From: Octopus sinensis
Taxonomy: Eukaryota
Assembly (NCBI RefSeq): GCF_006345805.1
Contig: NC_043001.1
Span: 3,162,001-3,226,000 of the forward strand
Reading direction: 5' to 3'
DNA length: 64,000 bases
Both the position numbers and the translations under genes were made by a program. The notes below the pieces were generated by a model. That model was not told the origin of the DNA. It saw nothing but the letters and a program-made list of their open reading frames with translations, and searched no databases. Positions 12,065-24,297 of the stretch are shown in pieces; the first letter of the stretch is position 1; every line of letters begins with the position of its first letter.

Positions 12065-13667
12065 CATGTCACTTAACTTACACAATTTACAAAAAAGCTA
12101 CCAATAGTTTCATGTTTTAGAGTTGTAATAACTTGGAAGATTTATATAACATGCCATGCATCTCCAAGCAATCTTTCACTGCATGTTGAACATTTTTCTC
12201 GATTCTACCAATAACAGAACTGTAAACTACATAGATTCATATATATGTAATGTTTGTGTGTGTACACACACACATATTCATATATATATATACACACATA
12301 TTCATATATATATATACACACACACACATATATATTCAAATGTACAGGCAAACACACACACACACATGCACATATCAATATCGGTATCGTATGTACGTAT
12401 TGGTCAATATAAACATCATATTTATTGATGTTCCACAGAGATTTTGATAGAAGTTTTAATATAAGTGAAAAGCACTTTAACCTTAAAATTTCAGAAAATA
12501 AGGTTAAAAGTGTAAGCTGATGTTTCCTTTTCCTTCTTATTTCTAATCATTTTTTTTTCCAACTTGCATCATACAGGCTTTCTAAATTGAGAATATTGGT
12601 CTTCTGTTTTTTTTTTTTGTCTTTGCTCTTTGCAAGGCTTGCATAAAAAGAGAAGAGTGATCTGAACCTAGTTTGGAAAATGGTAGCATCAACTATAAGA
12701 ATCACTGATTTAAATTATATTTCTGCCACAAGCAATGACAACAGTTAGATAATTGTTAAAAGAGCTCTGAAATAGATAAATAAAATGTGATGAAAGAAAG
12801 CAGTTTGCTTCTTTCTTCTTTTTACTCTTGACAAAGGGCATTTTAACCCTGAAATATTGAAATATGAAGGTAAAGTGCAAACTGGTGTTTGTTTTATTCT
12901 ACTTCTGTATTCACTCATTCATTTCCAAATTACATTGTTGTACATTTTCAGAAAGTATTTTAACAAGAGCACTACCTCATACTTCCATTTAAACTACACT
13001 ACTCTGCTGAAAATTATATATATATATATATAGATATATATATATTATGTTCAACATCATCATCATCATCTTCATCATTAATCATCAACATTATTCTTTT
13101 TTACTTTTGCTTTCCTTGTTGACTCGGAGTCCTACAGGTCATCACTTCTGTCCTTGTAAGGAATTACTACCTACCCTAGTTGTGATCAGATGACCACATC
13201 TCTTTTGTTTTCATATCCTTTCAAATGTTTACTTCTCATTTTCATTTGTTATTCAAAGACCAAATAAATATTATTTTGAAAACTGCCATGTTGATTGAGA
13301 TCAATTCTTTCCTTAGATCTAAAACCAGCCTCAGCAGACTAGAAGAACTGCCAATTTCAGTAAATCCAATTCCAGAGTATTCCAGTGTATCACTCATTTA
13401 TTACCATTTTTCTGGGTTCTTTGTCCATATTGTCTCTTAAACCCATCTTTTTGTAACTTGTTTCTATGCTCTGAAATTTTGTTGGCACCCTCATTCTCTT
13501 CTTTCCTGCTTCTTCCACCCACACTTATATAATGTTGGGTAGCAATGTCATCTCTTCTATGGCAACACACCTGCTTCTGTCCCCTTTATCATACTTCAGT
13601 CTGTCAACACCTGGCATAAAGCTGTCACCCTTTCTTCTCCAATTCCACTTTAGTGCAAGTGTCATAG

Positions 13668-13902
13668 CAGGACACTCTGCAAAGTGGTTGGCATTAGGAG
13701 GCCATATAACCAAGGCCATCATATTAGAACAGATATTGGAGCCTGATGAAATCTTCTGGTTGGCGTTAGGAAGGGCATCCAGCTGTATAAACACTGCCAG
13801 ATCAGACTGGAGTCTGGTGCAGCCATCTGCTTCACCAGCCCTCAGTCAAAATCGTCCAACCCATGCTAGCATGGAAAGCGAACATTAAACGATGATGATG
13901 AT
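13668..13902 (+). mobile_element. SINE family D
   Basis: tggttggcgttaggaagggcatccagctgta...gcatggaaagcgaacattaaacgatgatg. Confidence 0.8.
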
Positions 13903-14059
13903 TGAATCCAGGCAGCATGGAAAACAGACATCAAATGACGAAGGGAAGGAGGTGGAGGAGGAAGGTGACTAGTATATTACTCTATATTATTGGTATATTA
14001 AATTACATTACCTTCTCCAATGCCCCCTCCCCGCCTAAAAGTTTTTGTCTGGCAAGTAC

Positions 14060-14247
14060 TTGGTGACCCTGTCAGTGCAGGTGCCATTTAAAAGCACCCA
14101 GGCCACTCTGTTGAGTGGGTGGTTTTAAGAAAGGTATCCACCTGTAAAAATCCTGCCAAAACAGTCACAGAAGTCTGGTGCAGACTTCAGCCTGGTCAGC
14201 TCCTGTGGTACCGTCCCACCCATGCTAGCATGGAATGCGGACTTTAA

Positions 14248-14279
<32 letters not shown>

Positions 14280-14290
14280 GGTGATGATGG
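14060..14290 (+). mobile_element. SINE family D variant
   Basis: ...ccatgctagcatggaatgcggactttaaatgatgatg tail. Confidence 0.7.
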
Positions 14291-14499
14291 TAATTTACCA
14301 GCCATGGAGAGATAAAAAATAACTCAATTGACACAACAAGACTGAATAAAAAGAACATGCTTTAAGTTACCTAGTTGGGTGCTTTAATTCAAATTCCGTT
14401 CCTACTTATATCAGAGGAAAATATCCTTAAAATTGATTGTTTTTCCAGCATTGTAAATATTTCAGACATAAATCTTTAAATTGTTCACAAATTATGAAG

Positions 14500-16300
14500 T
14501 ATTATAAGTGTCTTTTTCTGCTGTAGACCCTAGGACATGGCCAGTGGAGTTTTGTAAATGAAAAGACAGTGGATTTAAGGGGAAAAAATAAAATCACTGA
14601 CAGACTCTCCACTTGGAATTTCTCAGTTGAAATATTCATAACATCAAAGTCAATAATTCCATTTCATTTACAAGAGTCAGAACTGAAGACTAGAAGTTCC
14701 TGAGCCTTTTGATGGTAACATCTTAAACTCAAGTTACTTCAGCAAACCAAAGTAACTTTGGTAGGTATGAGTGTGGAATGGGATAAAAACTCTTTCTGCA
14801 ATGAAGTCATCCTATTACAAAGATTTTACGGTGCTATCTTAGAGCACTCTTTTATTTCCCAAAAGTTCTTTGGTACATCCCTACGTTTGTTGTTTTATCT
14901 CTTGCCTCCTCATTAGTGACTATATTAATTAGACTCACAATAGTCTCAGAGGAATTAGTTCAGGTAGTTTGTGTGCACTTTTTACAAACTGTTAAAGCAG
15001 AATGCTATGGGCCCAGAGTTCTTTGCCAAGGCAGTATTTCCATTCTTAACGACTAGATTTGTTTGTGCTTTTGAAAGCCAGTTTGGTGGGTCAGTTTGAC
15101 CTTTCACATTTATTTTAAAGAGATGTACAAATAACTTTCTATAAACAGTCAGTGTCTTGTACCAGTAACCAGGTCAGTTTTTGATGTCTTCCCATTATGT
15201 AGCTTTGGTGAGAGTTTCATCATCGATTGTATAGGCTTCGCTATTGATGTTGGCTCAGTATTTTGGCTTTATTGTGTCTGGCTGTGCTGAATTTCTATTA
15301 AAATACTTTTTATTCCAAATCTTACAGCAGAATGGTTTTAAGTCTTCATGGGAAGGTTTCTTTTTACTATGATATCCACCCCGCCACCTCATATTCCTGT
15401 TTACTGTTTTAGAATTAACTATAAAAGTATTACACCAAGTGATTATAAACCTGTACTTTGTACTCACTCATTGTCATACTTCTTCCATTAGCAGAGTTTT
15501 TCACTCTGGGACTTGAGTTCACTTTCAGTCTTGGTGAGATTTTACTCCAAATGCTGAGCAGAAAGCAAATCCGTCTTCTACCATTCCTCTTTTTTGTGTT
15601 ATTGGTGTGTTATAAGGTTATCCTTCATCTGACATTTTTTTTTCCTATTCTGTTCTCTAAGTTCTTTATATTTTCCTTTAGTGTCAACCCAGTTGAGTTG
15701 CCCATGAGGAGTTATTTCATTGCTGTCTGCTTTATAAATTTCTCCCTGGTACTCCTTCAGAGTAACAGCAGTTGAATACATATGGCTTTTAATATTTTGA
15801 TATGTGTTATTGCATTTTTTTAATACAGACTCCAGTGATATCATCAATAACTTTTACCATGAGAGTGGGTGGTCTTTCTCTAACTCTAAGTAAGGTCGAT
15901 TACTTAATATGTACTGAAAGAACTTCAAAAACATTTTAAACTGTGGTTTTAAGATATTTTTCACTTGTATATATTATACATTTGTGTCTGTGCAGTCAAA
16001 ACATGGAAGTGATAGCAATCCAGCAAAGTTGTATGATGGTTGTGCTAATGATGTCAGTTTGTTTATATTCTTGCTGGTCTCTTTGGCAGTTTTTGATGGT
16101 TTTAAATCAAAGCAAAAAGACAGTAAGTATCCTGGTAGAGGAATATATTGATTGCATTCTGTGATTGCTATTTTGCAAGGATAGAAGATGGCCATTGTCA
16201 TAAGTGTTTAGTTGCGAAGGGGCTGAAGTCTGGATGTAATACAACCTGGTGTTTTATTTAACAGTTCCTGAAACCAATAAAAGGATCTTCTCAAGCATTG
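14500..16300 (-). pseudogene. Highly decayed LINE-like region with APE-endonuclease-like motifs
   Basis: Minus strand encodes KYRFIITWCN (like I.TWN.NG) and GGGVDIIVKRNLP (15350-15388; like GGGVAILV) amid many stops; a charged, ORF1-like stretch lies upstream. Boundaries uncertain. Confidence 0.35.
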
Positions 16301-16619
16301 AAGAACATCTTTATTTATTTGCAAGGATGAAATAAAATGAGAAGAAAACTTACCTTCTAAGATATCTCACAGCTGGGAAAGAAACAGATGCGGATGCTGA
16401 GGGTGTTGTTATCAATGTCAGTTATGATTGTACAAGAAATAAACCTCACATGAAAGAAAATACTTTTAGAAAATCTGGTGTGAATGAGGTTAAATTGATG
16501 AACGAAAATTGCTTCTCTTATTTGTTGTAGAAGTAAAACAATTACGATTGACCGTTGTCGGGTTCTTTGGGTCAGCTTGGTTGCAGGGGAAACATCCAGA
16601 AACACATTTTGAATGATCC

Positions 16620-17150
16620 TTTGTGTGTGTGTACGCTTGTTGCTGATGGCATCTATGTATGTATGTATGTGTGTATGTGTGTGTGTGCATGTAGGTGTTT
16701 GTATGTATGTACGCATGTGTGTGTTTATATGTGTGTGTGTGTATGTGTATATGTGTGTATGCATGTATATGTATGTATGTATGTATTTGAGTATATGTAT
16801 GTATGTGTATATGTGTGTGTGCATGTAGGTGTGTGTATATGTATGAGTAGGTGTGTGCATATGTATGCATGTATGTGTCTGTATATGTATGCGTGTATGT
16901 GTGTGTATAAGTATGCATGCATGTATGTATGTATATATATGTGTGTGTATGCATATATGTATGTGTCTCTGTGTGTAAATAAATATATGTGTGTATAAAT
17001 ATATATATGTGCATGTAAGTGTATATCTATGAGAGAATGTGTGTGTGTAACTGTATGATGTCTGTGTATGTCCGTGTACATGCATGTAAGTGTGTATTTG
17101 TGCATGCATGTATGTATGTGTATATGCATGAATGCCTATACGTAAATATA
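16620..17150. repeat. Degenerate (TG)/(TATG) repeat field
   Basis: Read directly. Confidence 0.9.
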
Positions 17151-17540
17151 TATGGGAATATGTATTTAAAGCACCCTCAGATCAACAGGGATTCCTTATA
17201 AACTCCAAGACCTAAACACTATCCAAATAAGATCACTCTCTGTCTCTCTGTCTCTCTCTCTCTCTCTCTACCTAATTATCATCCGAATCCCTGGAGACTC
17301 GGTCTGTCAAAGAGGACCAGAAACGAAAATGACTCTACAGAAATTAAAAGTATAAAATTCCCTAATCCTCCAATCATTATTAAATTCCTCTTGTTATTGA
17401 CAGTGTATTGATTTAATTTGGAAAGCTTTTGACCCTCACATGGCACACAAGCCCCCGGATAACGAGTCCCCCCCCCCACGCCCAGATAACGAGAACAGTA
17501 ACTGCATATAGCAGACGTTATAGTGTAGTTATATTTGATA

Positions 17541-17936
17541 CTAGCAGTTTCGCCCGGCGTTGCTCGGGTTTGTAAGGGAAATAACTATATAAGCATTTTT
17601 AGAGAGTTATAGCCAAAAAATAGCAAAAAAATGCATTAAAGATGGAAAAAAATGATGGTAAATTTTTTTTAAATCGTTGACTCATCGTAGACATTTTTAG
17701 ACAGTTACTTCCGTTTATAATAGCGAAAAAAATGCATTAAATTGGAAAAAAATGATGGTAAATTTTTTTTAAAATTGTAGACTCATCGTAGACGCGCGCT
17801 AATACCCAGAAGGGCTCGATATGAATCACGACTATAAGATACCCGGTTTTGGTTAAACTGCACCGCAAAATGCGGGAGTAGTTAGGAATTTAAATCGTAG
17901 GAGACAGACACACAACTTGACTTTTATATATAAAGA
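17541..17936 (-). mobile_element. Non-autonomous Helitron-type element (copy 1)
   Basis: Minus strand: A|TC...CCCGAGCAACGCCGGG hairpin...CTAG|T, with no TSD. Internal ~115-bp tandem duplication. Confidence 0.85.
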
Positions 17937-18008
17937 TTAACTCTGATAGCGGTTAACGGTTCACAACTCTGTTTTTTTTTGTTCTTTAATATTTCCTACA
18001 AGTATATA

Positions 18009-18215
18009 AGGCAGTGAGCTGGCAGAATCATTAGCACGTTGGGCGAAATACTGAGAGGCAGTTTGTTCTGGGTTCAAATTTCATTGAGGTCGACTTTGTC
18101 TTTCATCCTTTCGGAGTCAATAAAATAAGTACCAGTTGTGTACTGGGTGTCGATGTAATCAACTTACCCTTTCCCACAAAATTTCAGCTTTTGTGCCTAT
18201 AGTAAAAACGAATAT
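18009..18215 (+). mobile_element. SINE family A monomer
   Basis: ggcagtgagctggcagaa head, gggttcaaatt B-box-like motif, gaggtcgactttgtctttcatcctttcgg core, ttgtgcctatagta tail. Confidence 0.8.
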
Positions 18216-18639
18216 TTATTACTAGTATACCTGTGTTGTCAAAAATGATGACGTTAAAAAGAAAAAGAACGAAAAACTGAAAATACATCAACATACCTTA
18301 CATTCCATACATTTGTCATAATATTACCACTTAATGTGTTTTGAATAATGAAATTTTTATTGAAAATGTTTTGACGAGAATTTAATATAAGGGAAAGTTT
18401 TATAGAAATTATTTTAATAAGTTATTAAAGTGAAAATAATTAGCCAAATATTATGAAATTAGTGTGATTAAATAGCGGTATGATCGGTTTTAGCTGGGTC
18501 TTGTAGAAGAGAATGCAGGAATATGAGAAACTGAACTGACTGCATATTGGAAGACACTAGTTAACCATTCAAAATTAGAGAACTGTTTACCACATTTGAG
18601 CCATTAGCCTTCACATTACTCTGTCAAATGTGATGCATG

Positions 18640-18965
18640 TTTATCCATGGTTTTTGGTTTAGTCCCATTGTGCGACACCTTGGGCAAATGTCTTCCACCT
18701 TACTCTCGGATTGATGAAAGCCTTGTGAACGGACTTGGTAGAGCAACACTGCTTGTTCACCCACCACCACCACCACCACCAGTGCTTGACAACCAGTGTT
18801 GGTGTGTTTCTGTCCCCATAACTTAGCAGTCCAGCAAAAGAGACTAATGCAACATGTACCAGGCTTTATAAATAGTGATAAGTATTGGCAACGATTCCTT
18901 TGACCAAAATTCATCAAGGCAGTGCCCCAGCATGGCCACAGTCTAATGACTGGAACTAGTAACAG
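18640..18965 (+). mobile_element. SINE family C
   Basis: accttgggcaaatgtcttc...ggcagtgccccagcatggccacagtc tail. Confidence 0.75.
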
Positions 18966-19044
18966 ATATCTCATTGCTACAATACGATTGTTTACATTTA
19001 AAATGATATTGCTGGTTTAGTGAGGGAGGTCAGATCTGGCCAGC

Positions 19045-19077
19045 TTGGACATATATGTATATATATGTATATATGTA

Positions 19078-19111
<34 letters not shown>

Positions 19112-19181
19112 CGAATATACATATATATGTATGCATGTATGTATGTAAGTATGTATGTATGTATTTATGTATGTATGTATG

Positions 19182-19215
<34 letters not shown>

Positions 19216-19247
19216 TGTATGTATCTATCTACCTATCTATCTATCTA

Positions 19248-19278
<31 letters not shown>
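19045..19278. repeat. (TA)/(TATG)/(CTAT) microsatellite
   Basis: Read directly. Confidence 0.9.
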
Positions 19279-19281
19279 GTA

Positions 19282-19765
19282 CAGGATGCCCCAAAAGATG
19301 TACACACACTTTAGCAGTTGATAACTCAATTGATGTGCTTACCTTTCCAGATGAAACCCACTGGAATTAATGATGGCAGTCAGACTAAGCTTTGAACAAT
19401 GGAAATTCATTCTAAAATGCTACTGGAAATGTGAAAACGCAGTTGAAGTACAAAGATAGTTTAGGAGGGAGTTTCAAACGGATCCACCAATGTAACTTAC
19501 CATCACTCAAATTAGAGATAAGTTTTGAAGCCGATGGAACTGTTCAGAATGTCCACGAGAAGAGTTCCTGAAGACCACGAACATTGACAACCTCCACAAA
19601 GCAAGAAAGAATGCTGGAAACGTATCACCAAAGTGCAAGAAAATCTATGAGACAAGCGAGTCGTGAGACAGGTATTTCTAAATCGTCGGTCCAACGCATT
19701 TTGAAACGCATTTCCAGTAGAAAAGTTATGTTCCAAGATTAGTCCATGCTACTAATGACGATTCA
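19282..19765 (+). mobile_element. Tc1/mariner-superfamily 5' fragment (TA-CAGG.. terminus, N-terminal HTH of transposase)
   Basis: TA|CAGGATGCCCCAAAA terminus. From ATG 19373: MAVRLSFEQWKFILKCYWKCENAVEVQR*FRREF...RDKFEADGTVQNV...RPRT...RKSMRQASRETGISKSSVQRILKR, typical of DD37D/DD41D-type transposase N-termini; contains stops and a frameshift. Confidence 0.75.
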
Positions 19766-20233
19766 GCAATAGAGACCGATATAATAAGTTGCAGGCTTAA
19801 AAATTAAGTACTGTGTTTGATTTGTTAGACTACACCCTTCACCACGTTGCTCCAGCATGAAACAAGAAGTAAAAGATGAAATATATACCTCGATTCCAAG
19901 GTTCTGGGGTGTTTGTGTGTTTTTCTCTGCATAGATCAGTCCTTTTGGGATGGGCACGGAGAGATGGTCAGTTGACTTCGATTTTGGTCCTTTGGTATTT
20001 AGTTTTGTTTCACTTATTCTCACTATTTTTTTAACTTCTATTTGCCCTTAGCATTGTATACAGAATGAATATAATGGGGATTAGAAGACTGAGGATTTTA
20101 AGGAGTGAGTTTCCCAAAAGAGGGGCAATTGAGAGTAGTAGTAGTGACAATAGCAGTAATAATTGCAGTAGTAGTAAAATAGCAGTAATACCTACCAAAG
20201 CAGAAATATAATCAATATTAGAGAGGCAGAGAC

Positions 20234-20450
20234 GGTGGTGAGCTGGCAGAACCGCTAGCGCGCTGGACGAAATGCTGAGCGGTATTTCGTCTGCCGTTAC
20301 GTTCTGAGTTCAAATTCCACCGAAGTCGACTTTACATTTCATCCTTTCGGGGTCGATAAATTAAGTACCAGTTTCGCGCTGGGGTCAATGTAATCCACTG
20401 ACCCCTTCTTCCAAAATTTCGGGCCTTGTGCCTACATTAGAAACGAATAT
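20234..20450 (+). mobile_element. SINE family A monomer
   Basis: Same head, core and tail as 18009-18215. Confidence 0.85.
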
Positions 20451-20464
20451 TAGAAACGTAGAGA

Positions 20465-21052
20465 AGGTGGTGAGCCGGCAGAACCGTTAGCGCGCTGGAC
20501 GAAATGCTGAGCGTTATTTCGTCTGCCGCTACGTTCTGAGTTAAAAATTTCCGCCGAGGTCGACTTTGCCTTTCATCCTTTCGGGGTATTTAAATTAAGT
20601 ACCATTTACGCACTGGGGTCGATATAATCGATTTAATCCGTTTGTCTGACCTTGTTTGTCCTCTCTGTGTTTGGCCCCTTGTTGGTAGTAAAGAAATAGG
20701 TATTTCGTCTGCCACTACGTTGTGAGTTCAAATTCCAACGAGGTCGACTTTGACTTTCATCCTTTCGGGGTCGACTAAATAAGTACCAGTTACGCACTGG
20801 GGTCGATATAATCGACTTAATCCGTTTGTCTGTCCTTGTTTGTTCTCTCTGTGTTTAGCCCCTTGTGGGTAGTAAAGAAATAGGTATTTCGTCTTATTTT
20901 ACGTTCTGAGTTAAAATTCCAACGAGGTCAACTTTGCCTTTCATCCTTTCGGTGTCGATTAAATAAGTGCCGGTCACGCACTGGGGTCGATGTAATCGAC
21001 TTTCCCTTTCCCTCGAAAATATTGGTCTTGAGCCAAAATTCGAAGCCAATAT
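20465..21052 (+). mobile_element. SINE family A trimeric array (head + 3 cores, ~185-bp period)
   Basis: Core starts at 20514, 20700 and 20884; linker ttaatccgtttgtctg...gggtagtaaagaaatag. Confidence 0.88.
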
Positions 21053-21471
21053 TACAAAAGATTTATTACAGAGGAAATTTTATTAAATCTTCATGCAGGC
21101 GTGGCTGTGTGGTTAGAAGTCTGCTTACCAACCACATAGTTGCGGGTTCAATCCCACTCTGTGGAACCTCGGGTAAGTGTCTTCTGCTACAGCCTCGGCC
21201 GACCAAAGTCTTGTGAATGGATTTGTTAGATGGAAACTGGAAGAAGCCTGTCGTATATTTATATATATATATACTCTTTTACTTGTTTCAGTCGTTTGAC
21301 TGCGGCCATGCTGGAGCACCGCCTTTAGTCGAGCAAATCGACCCCGGGACTTATTCTTTGTAAGCCCAGTACTTATTCTATCGGTCTCTTTTGCCGAACT
21401 GCTAAGTGACGAGGACGTAAACACACCAGCATCGGTTGTCAAGCAATGTTAGGGGAACAAACACAGACACA

Positions 21472-21559
<88 letters not shown>

Positions 21560-21708
21560 CGGTTTAAGTAATTGAGATTCAAGTGAATTCTAATGAATTC
21601 ACATGAATATGGTCCTTAACTAGGATGCACCGGAAATCTATATGTGTTAACCATACGACAAGTGGGGTGATTACAAATAGGAAAAAAGCAACAAGAATGG
21701 ATTAAAAT

Positions 21709-21794
21709 CTCGGTACAATTGTTTCGTACGAGGACATCTTTAATAAGCTACAAAAATTGCAGTAAATACAGATGGCTCGTACTCGTCAGCCGAA
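21709..21794 (-). ncRNA. Hammerhead ribozyme (type I), intact core
   Basis: Minus strand: TTCGG-CTGACGA-GTACGAG..43 nt..CTCGTAC-GAAAC-AATT-GTA-CCGAG. Confidence 0.82.
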
Positions 21795-22274
21795 AAAACA
21801 TCAGAGAATTCGCAAACAAACATCAAAAGGGGTAGATACAACAGAGGGTGTAAGATTAACTGCATTGAAGAAAGTTCGATTCCTGGAGATCCGATGAAAG
21901 GTCTTAAACTTACAGAATTTGTGCATGTCTACATATAGCTCATATTCTGTAAGTTCAAGACTTTTCATCGGATCTCCAAGAATCGAACTTATCTGCGATT
22001 CTTGTAAATTTCAATAACAATCTGTTCCTCTACACGATATGACAGTCACTTTGCTTCTTACTCGGTTTTTCAGAAATTTCGCATGACTGTATCCGAAATT
22101 TCTTCACACAACTTGATTAGCAATTCAATATGAGCTATATGTAGACATGCACAAATTCTGTAAGTTTAAGACCTTTCATCGGATCTCCAGGAATCGAACT
22201 TTCTTCAATGCAGTTAATCTTACATCCTCTGTTGTATCTACCCCTTTTGATGTTTGGGAATTCTCTGATGTTTT

Positions 22275-22360
22275 TTCGGCTGACGAGTACGAGCCATTTG
22301 TATTTACTGCATTTTTTGTAGCTTATTAAAGATGTCCTCGTACGAAACAATTGTACCGAG
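22275..22360 (+). ncRNA. Hammerhead ribozyme (type I), intact core
   Basis: Stem I TTCGG/CCGAG; CTGACGA 22280-22286; 7-bp stem II GTACGAG/CTCGTAC; GAAAC 22344-22348; palindrome ACAATTGT; predicted cleavage after GUA at 22355. Confidence 0.85.
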
Positions 22361-22410
22361 ATTTTAATCCATTCTTGTTGCTTTTTTCCTATATATATAT
22401 ATATAAATAA

Positions 22411-22504
<94 letters not shown>

Positions 22505-23039
22505 TACGACAGGCTTCTTTCAGCTTCCATCTACCAAGTCCACTCACAAGGTATTGGTCGGCCCGGGGTTATAGCAGAAGACATTTGCCCAAGATGCCAC
22601 GCAGTGAGACTGAACCCGGAACCATGTTGTTGGTAAGCAGGCTACTTACCACACAGCCACTCCTGCGCCTATATGTATATATATATAAATGTTTGTATGT
22701 CTGTGTTTGTCCCCTCACCATCGCTTGACGATCGATGTTGGTGTGTTTACGTCCCCATTACCCTAGTGGTTTTGTAAAAGCGATCAATAGGATAAGTACT
22801 AGGCTTACAAAGAAGTCCTTGGTTTGATTCGTTCGACTAAAGGCGGTGCTCCAGCATGGCCGCAGTAAGATGACTGAAACAAATAAAAGAATTCAGTGAA
22901 AATTTGTGATTAAGAAGTTCGGTTTCTAAAACCTTAGTTTCAAGTTTCCTCGTACTGAAAACCCTGGACCAACCAGAACCTGTGAGACGGTTTGGTAGAC
23001 GAAAGCTAAAGATGTCTGTCATGTGTATTTATGTGTGTG

Positions 23040-23290
23040 TGTGTGTGTGTGTGTGTGCCTTGTTTTTCGACATCATGTGATCATTGGAAATGTGTGTCAC
23101 AATCATACAAGCGGTGTCCTTGCATTCAAATCTTCTGTGAAAATAAGAATCTCATTGGGAGATTCTCCTTCATTTAGAAACGAGTGGGGATTACTCGCCG
23201 GAAGGTCATCAGCAGATTGCCGAAAAATCTGCCTCCATCGATTCTGATGCGTAGAAGCTTGGAAAAATGGACGTGAAAACAATGACGTCG
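23040..23290 (+). mobile_element. Decayed SINE (family D-related body)
   Basis: aaaatctgcctc...agcttggaaaaatggacgtgaaaacaatgacg tail; related copies at ~27.65-27.83 kb (-), 30.27-30.5 kb and 63.7-63.9 kb. Confidence 0.5.
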
Positions 23291-24208
23291 GTGGCCACGA
23301 AGACGAAGACAAGGATGCTGCGGCTGCTGTTAATGATGATGATGATGAGCATGGCAATGATGATGACGGTGATGATGATGATGATAACAACGCCAATAAC
23401 GATGATTTAAAGATAATCACGTCATGGATTATCAGCATATTTTCGCAGATGATTGGTCCACACTGGAATTGATGTTCTGTTCCTTTGTGTGATGCTGACA
23501 GTTGTAACTTTTTGGTTTTCAGTGTTTTTCTTCTTCTTTTTTTTGCGTTCTTTACTGAATTCCTGATTAGCCAATGAGATCATGGACTATCGCATTAAAT
23601 ATTAATGATTCCATTTAACGATTCGATGTCGATGTCGATGAAAATGTTGGAATCCATGAAATCTGTGTATTTCATATAGGTTTATTAACAAATATTACAG
23701 TTAGAGCGAGCTGTGGGAGATGACAACCCAGAACAACCGAGATATTGTTACAACTGTCCATTGATAAGAGAATGGAGGGAAATATAAAACAAAGCAAAAA
23801 TGTTACTGCTTATAAGGTTTTATTGCAATGTTAAAATCCGCGACGGGAATAAAGAATTGCTCCTAAAGCAGTGATATAACCAATAATGATTCTGCTGTTG
23901 CTGCTCCTGATAATTATGATGACAATGATGACGGATTCTGCCGTCGAAGACGATGACGTATGGGTGTCTAGCTTTTGCCGAATGACCTGCACGAATGGTT
24001 TGTTTTATGGCGATCAAATGTATGTGCTGTGCACTAGCTCACTCTGCCCATTAGATAGGTGTTGCCTGAACACAGGGGCACCGTATCGAAGGGATCGCAG
24101 ACTACCGTGAGATGAAGTGGTTTACTCAAGAGCAAGACGCACCACGATCTCAAGCGTGCAACACCCTAACTACTAAGGTAATAACGACGACGACGACGAC
24201 GACGATGA

Positions 24209-24242
<34 letters not shown>

Positions 24243-24258
24243 GATGATGATGATGATG

Positions 24259-24296
<38 letters not shown>

Positions 24297-24297
24297 T

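Larger units (their letters stand above)
21557..22392. mobile_element. ORF-less Penelope-like element made of inverted terminal repeats
   Basis: Arms 21677-21946 and 22127-22392 are near-perfect inverted repeats (one 4-nt indel, a few substitutions). Partial third copy at ~21945-21990. Each arm holds a hammerhead; both ends lie in (TA)n. Confidence 0.75.
21274..22670 (-). mobile_element. SINE family C, minus strand, split (tail 21274-21475, head 22506-22670)
   Basis: Tail and head are separated by a CA/TA microsatellite containing the 21557-22392 insert. Confidence 0.75.
21095..22892 (+). mobile_element. SINE family C split by nested insertions (head 21095-21253, tail 22697-22892)
   Basis: Plus-strand head and plus-strand tail flank an inverted SINE C and the hammerhead element. 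Confidence 0.7.

Noticed and set aside
20465-21052. Regular ~185-bp repeats as a CRISPR array or retrozyme
   Set aside because: No unique spacers and no cas genes (eukaryotic context); no CUGANGA/GAAA hammerhead core found in the unit on either strand.
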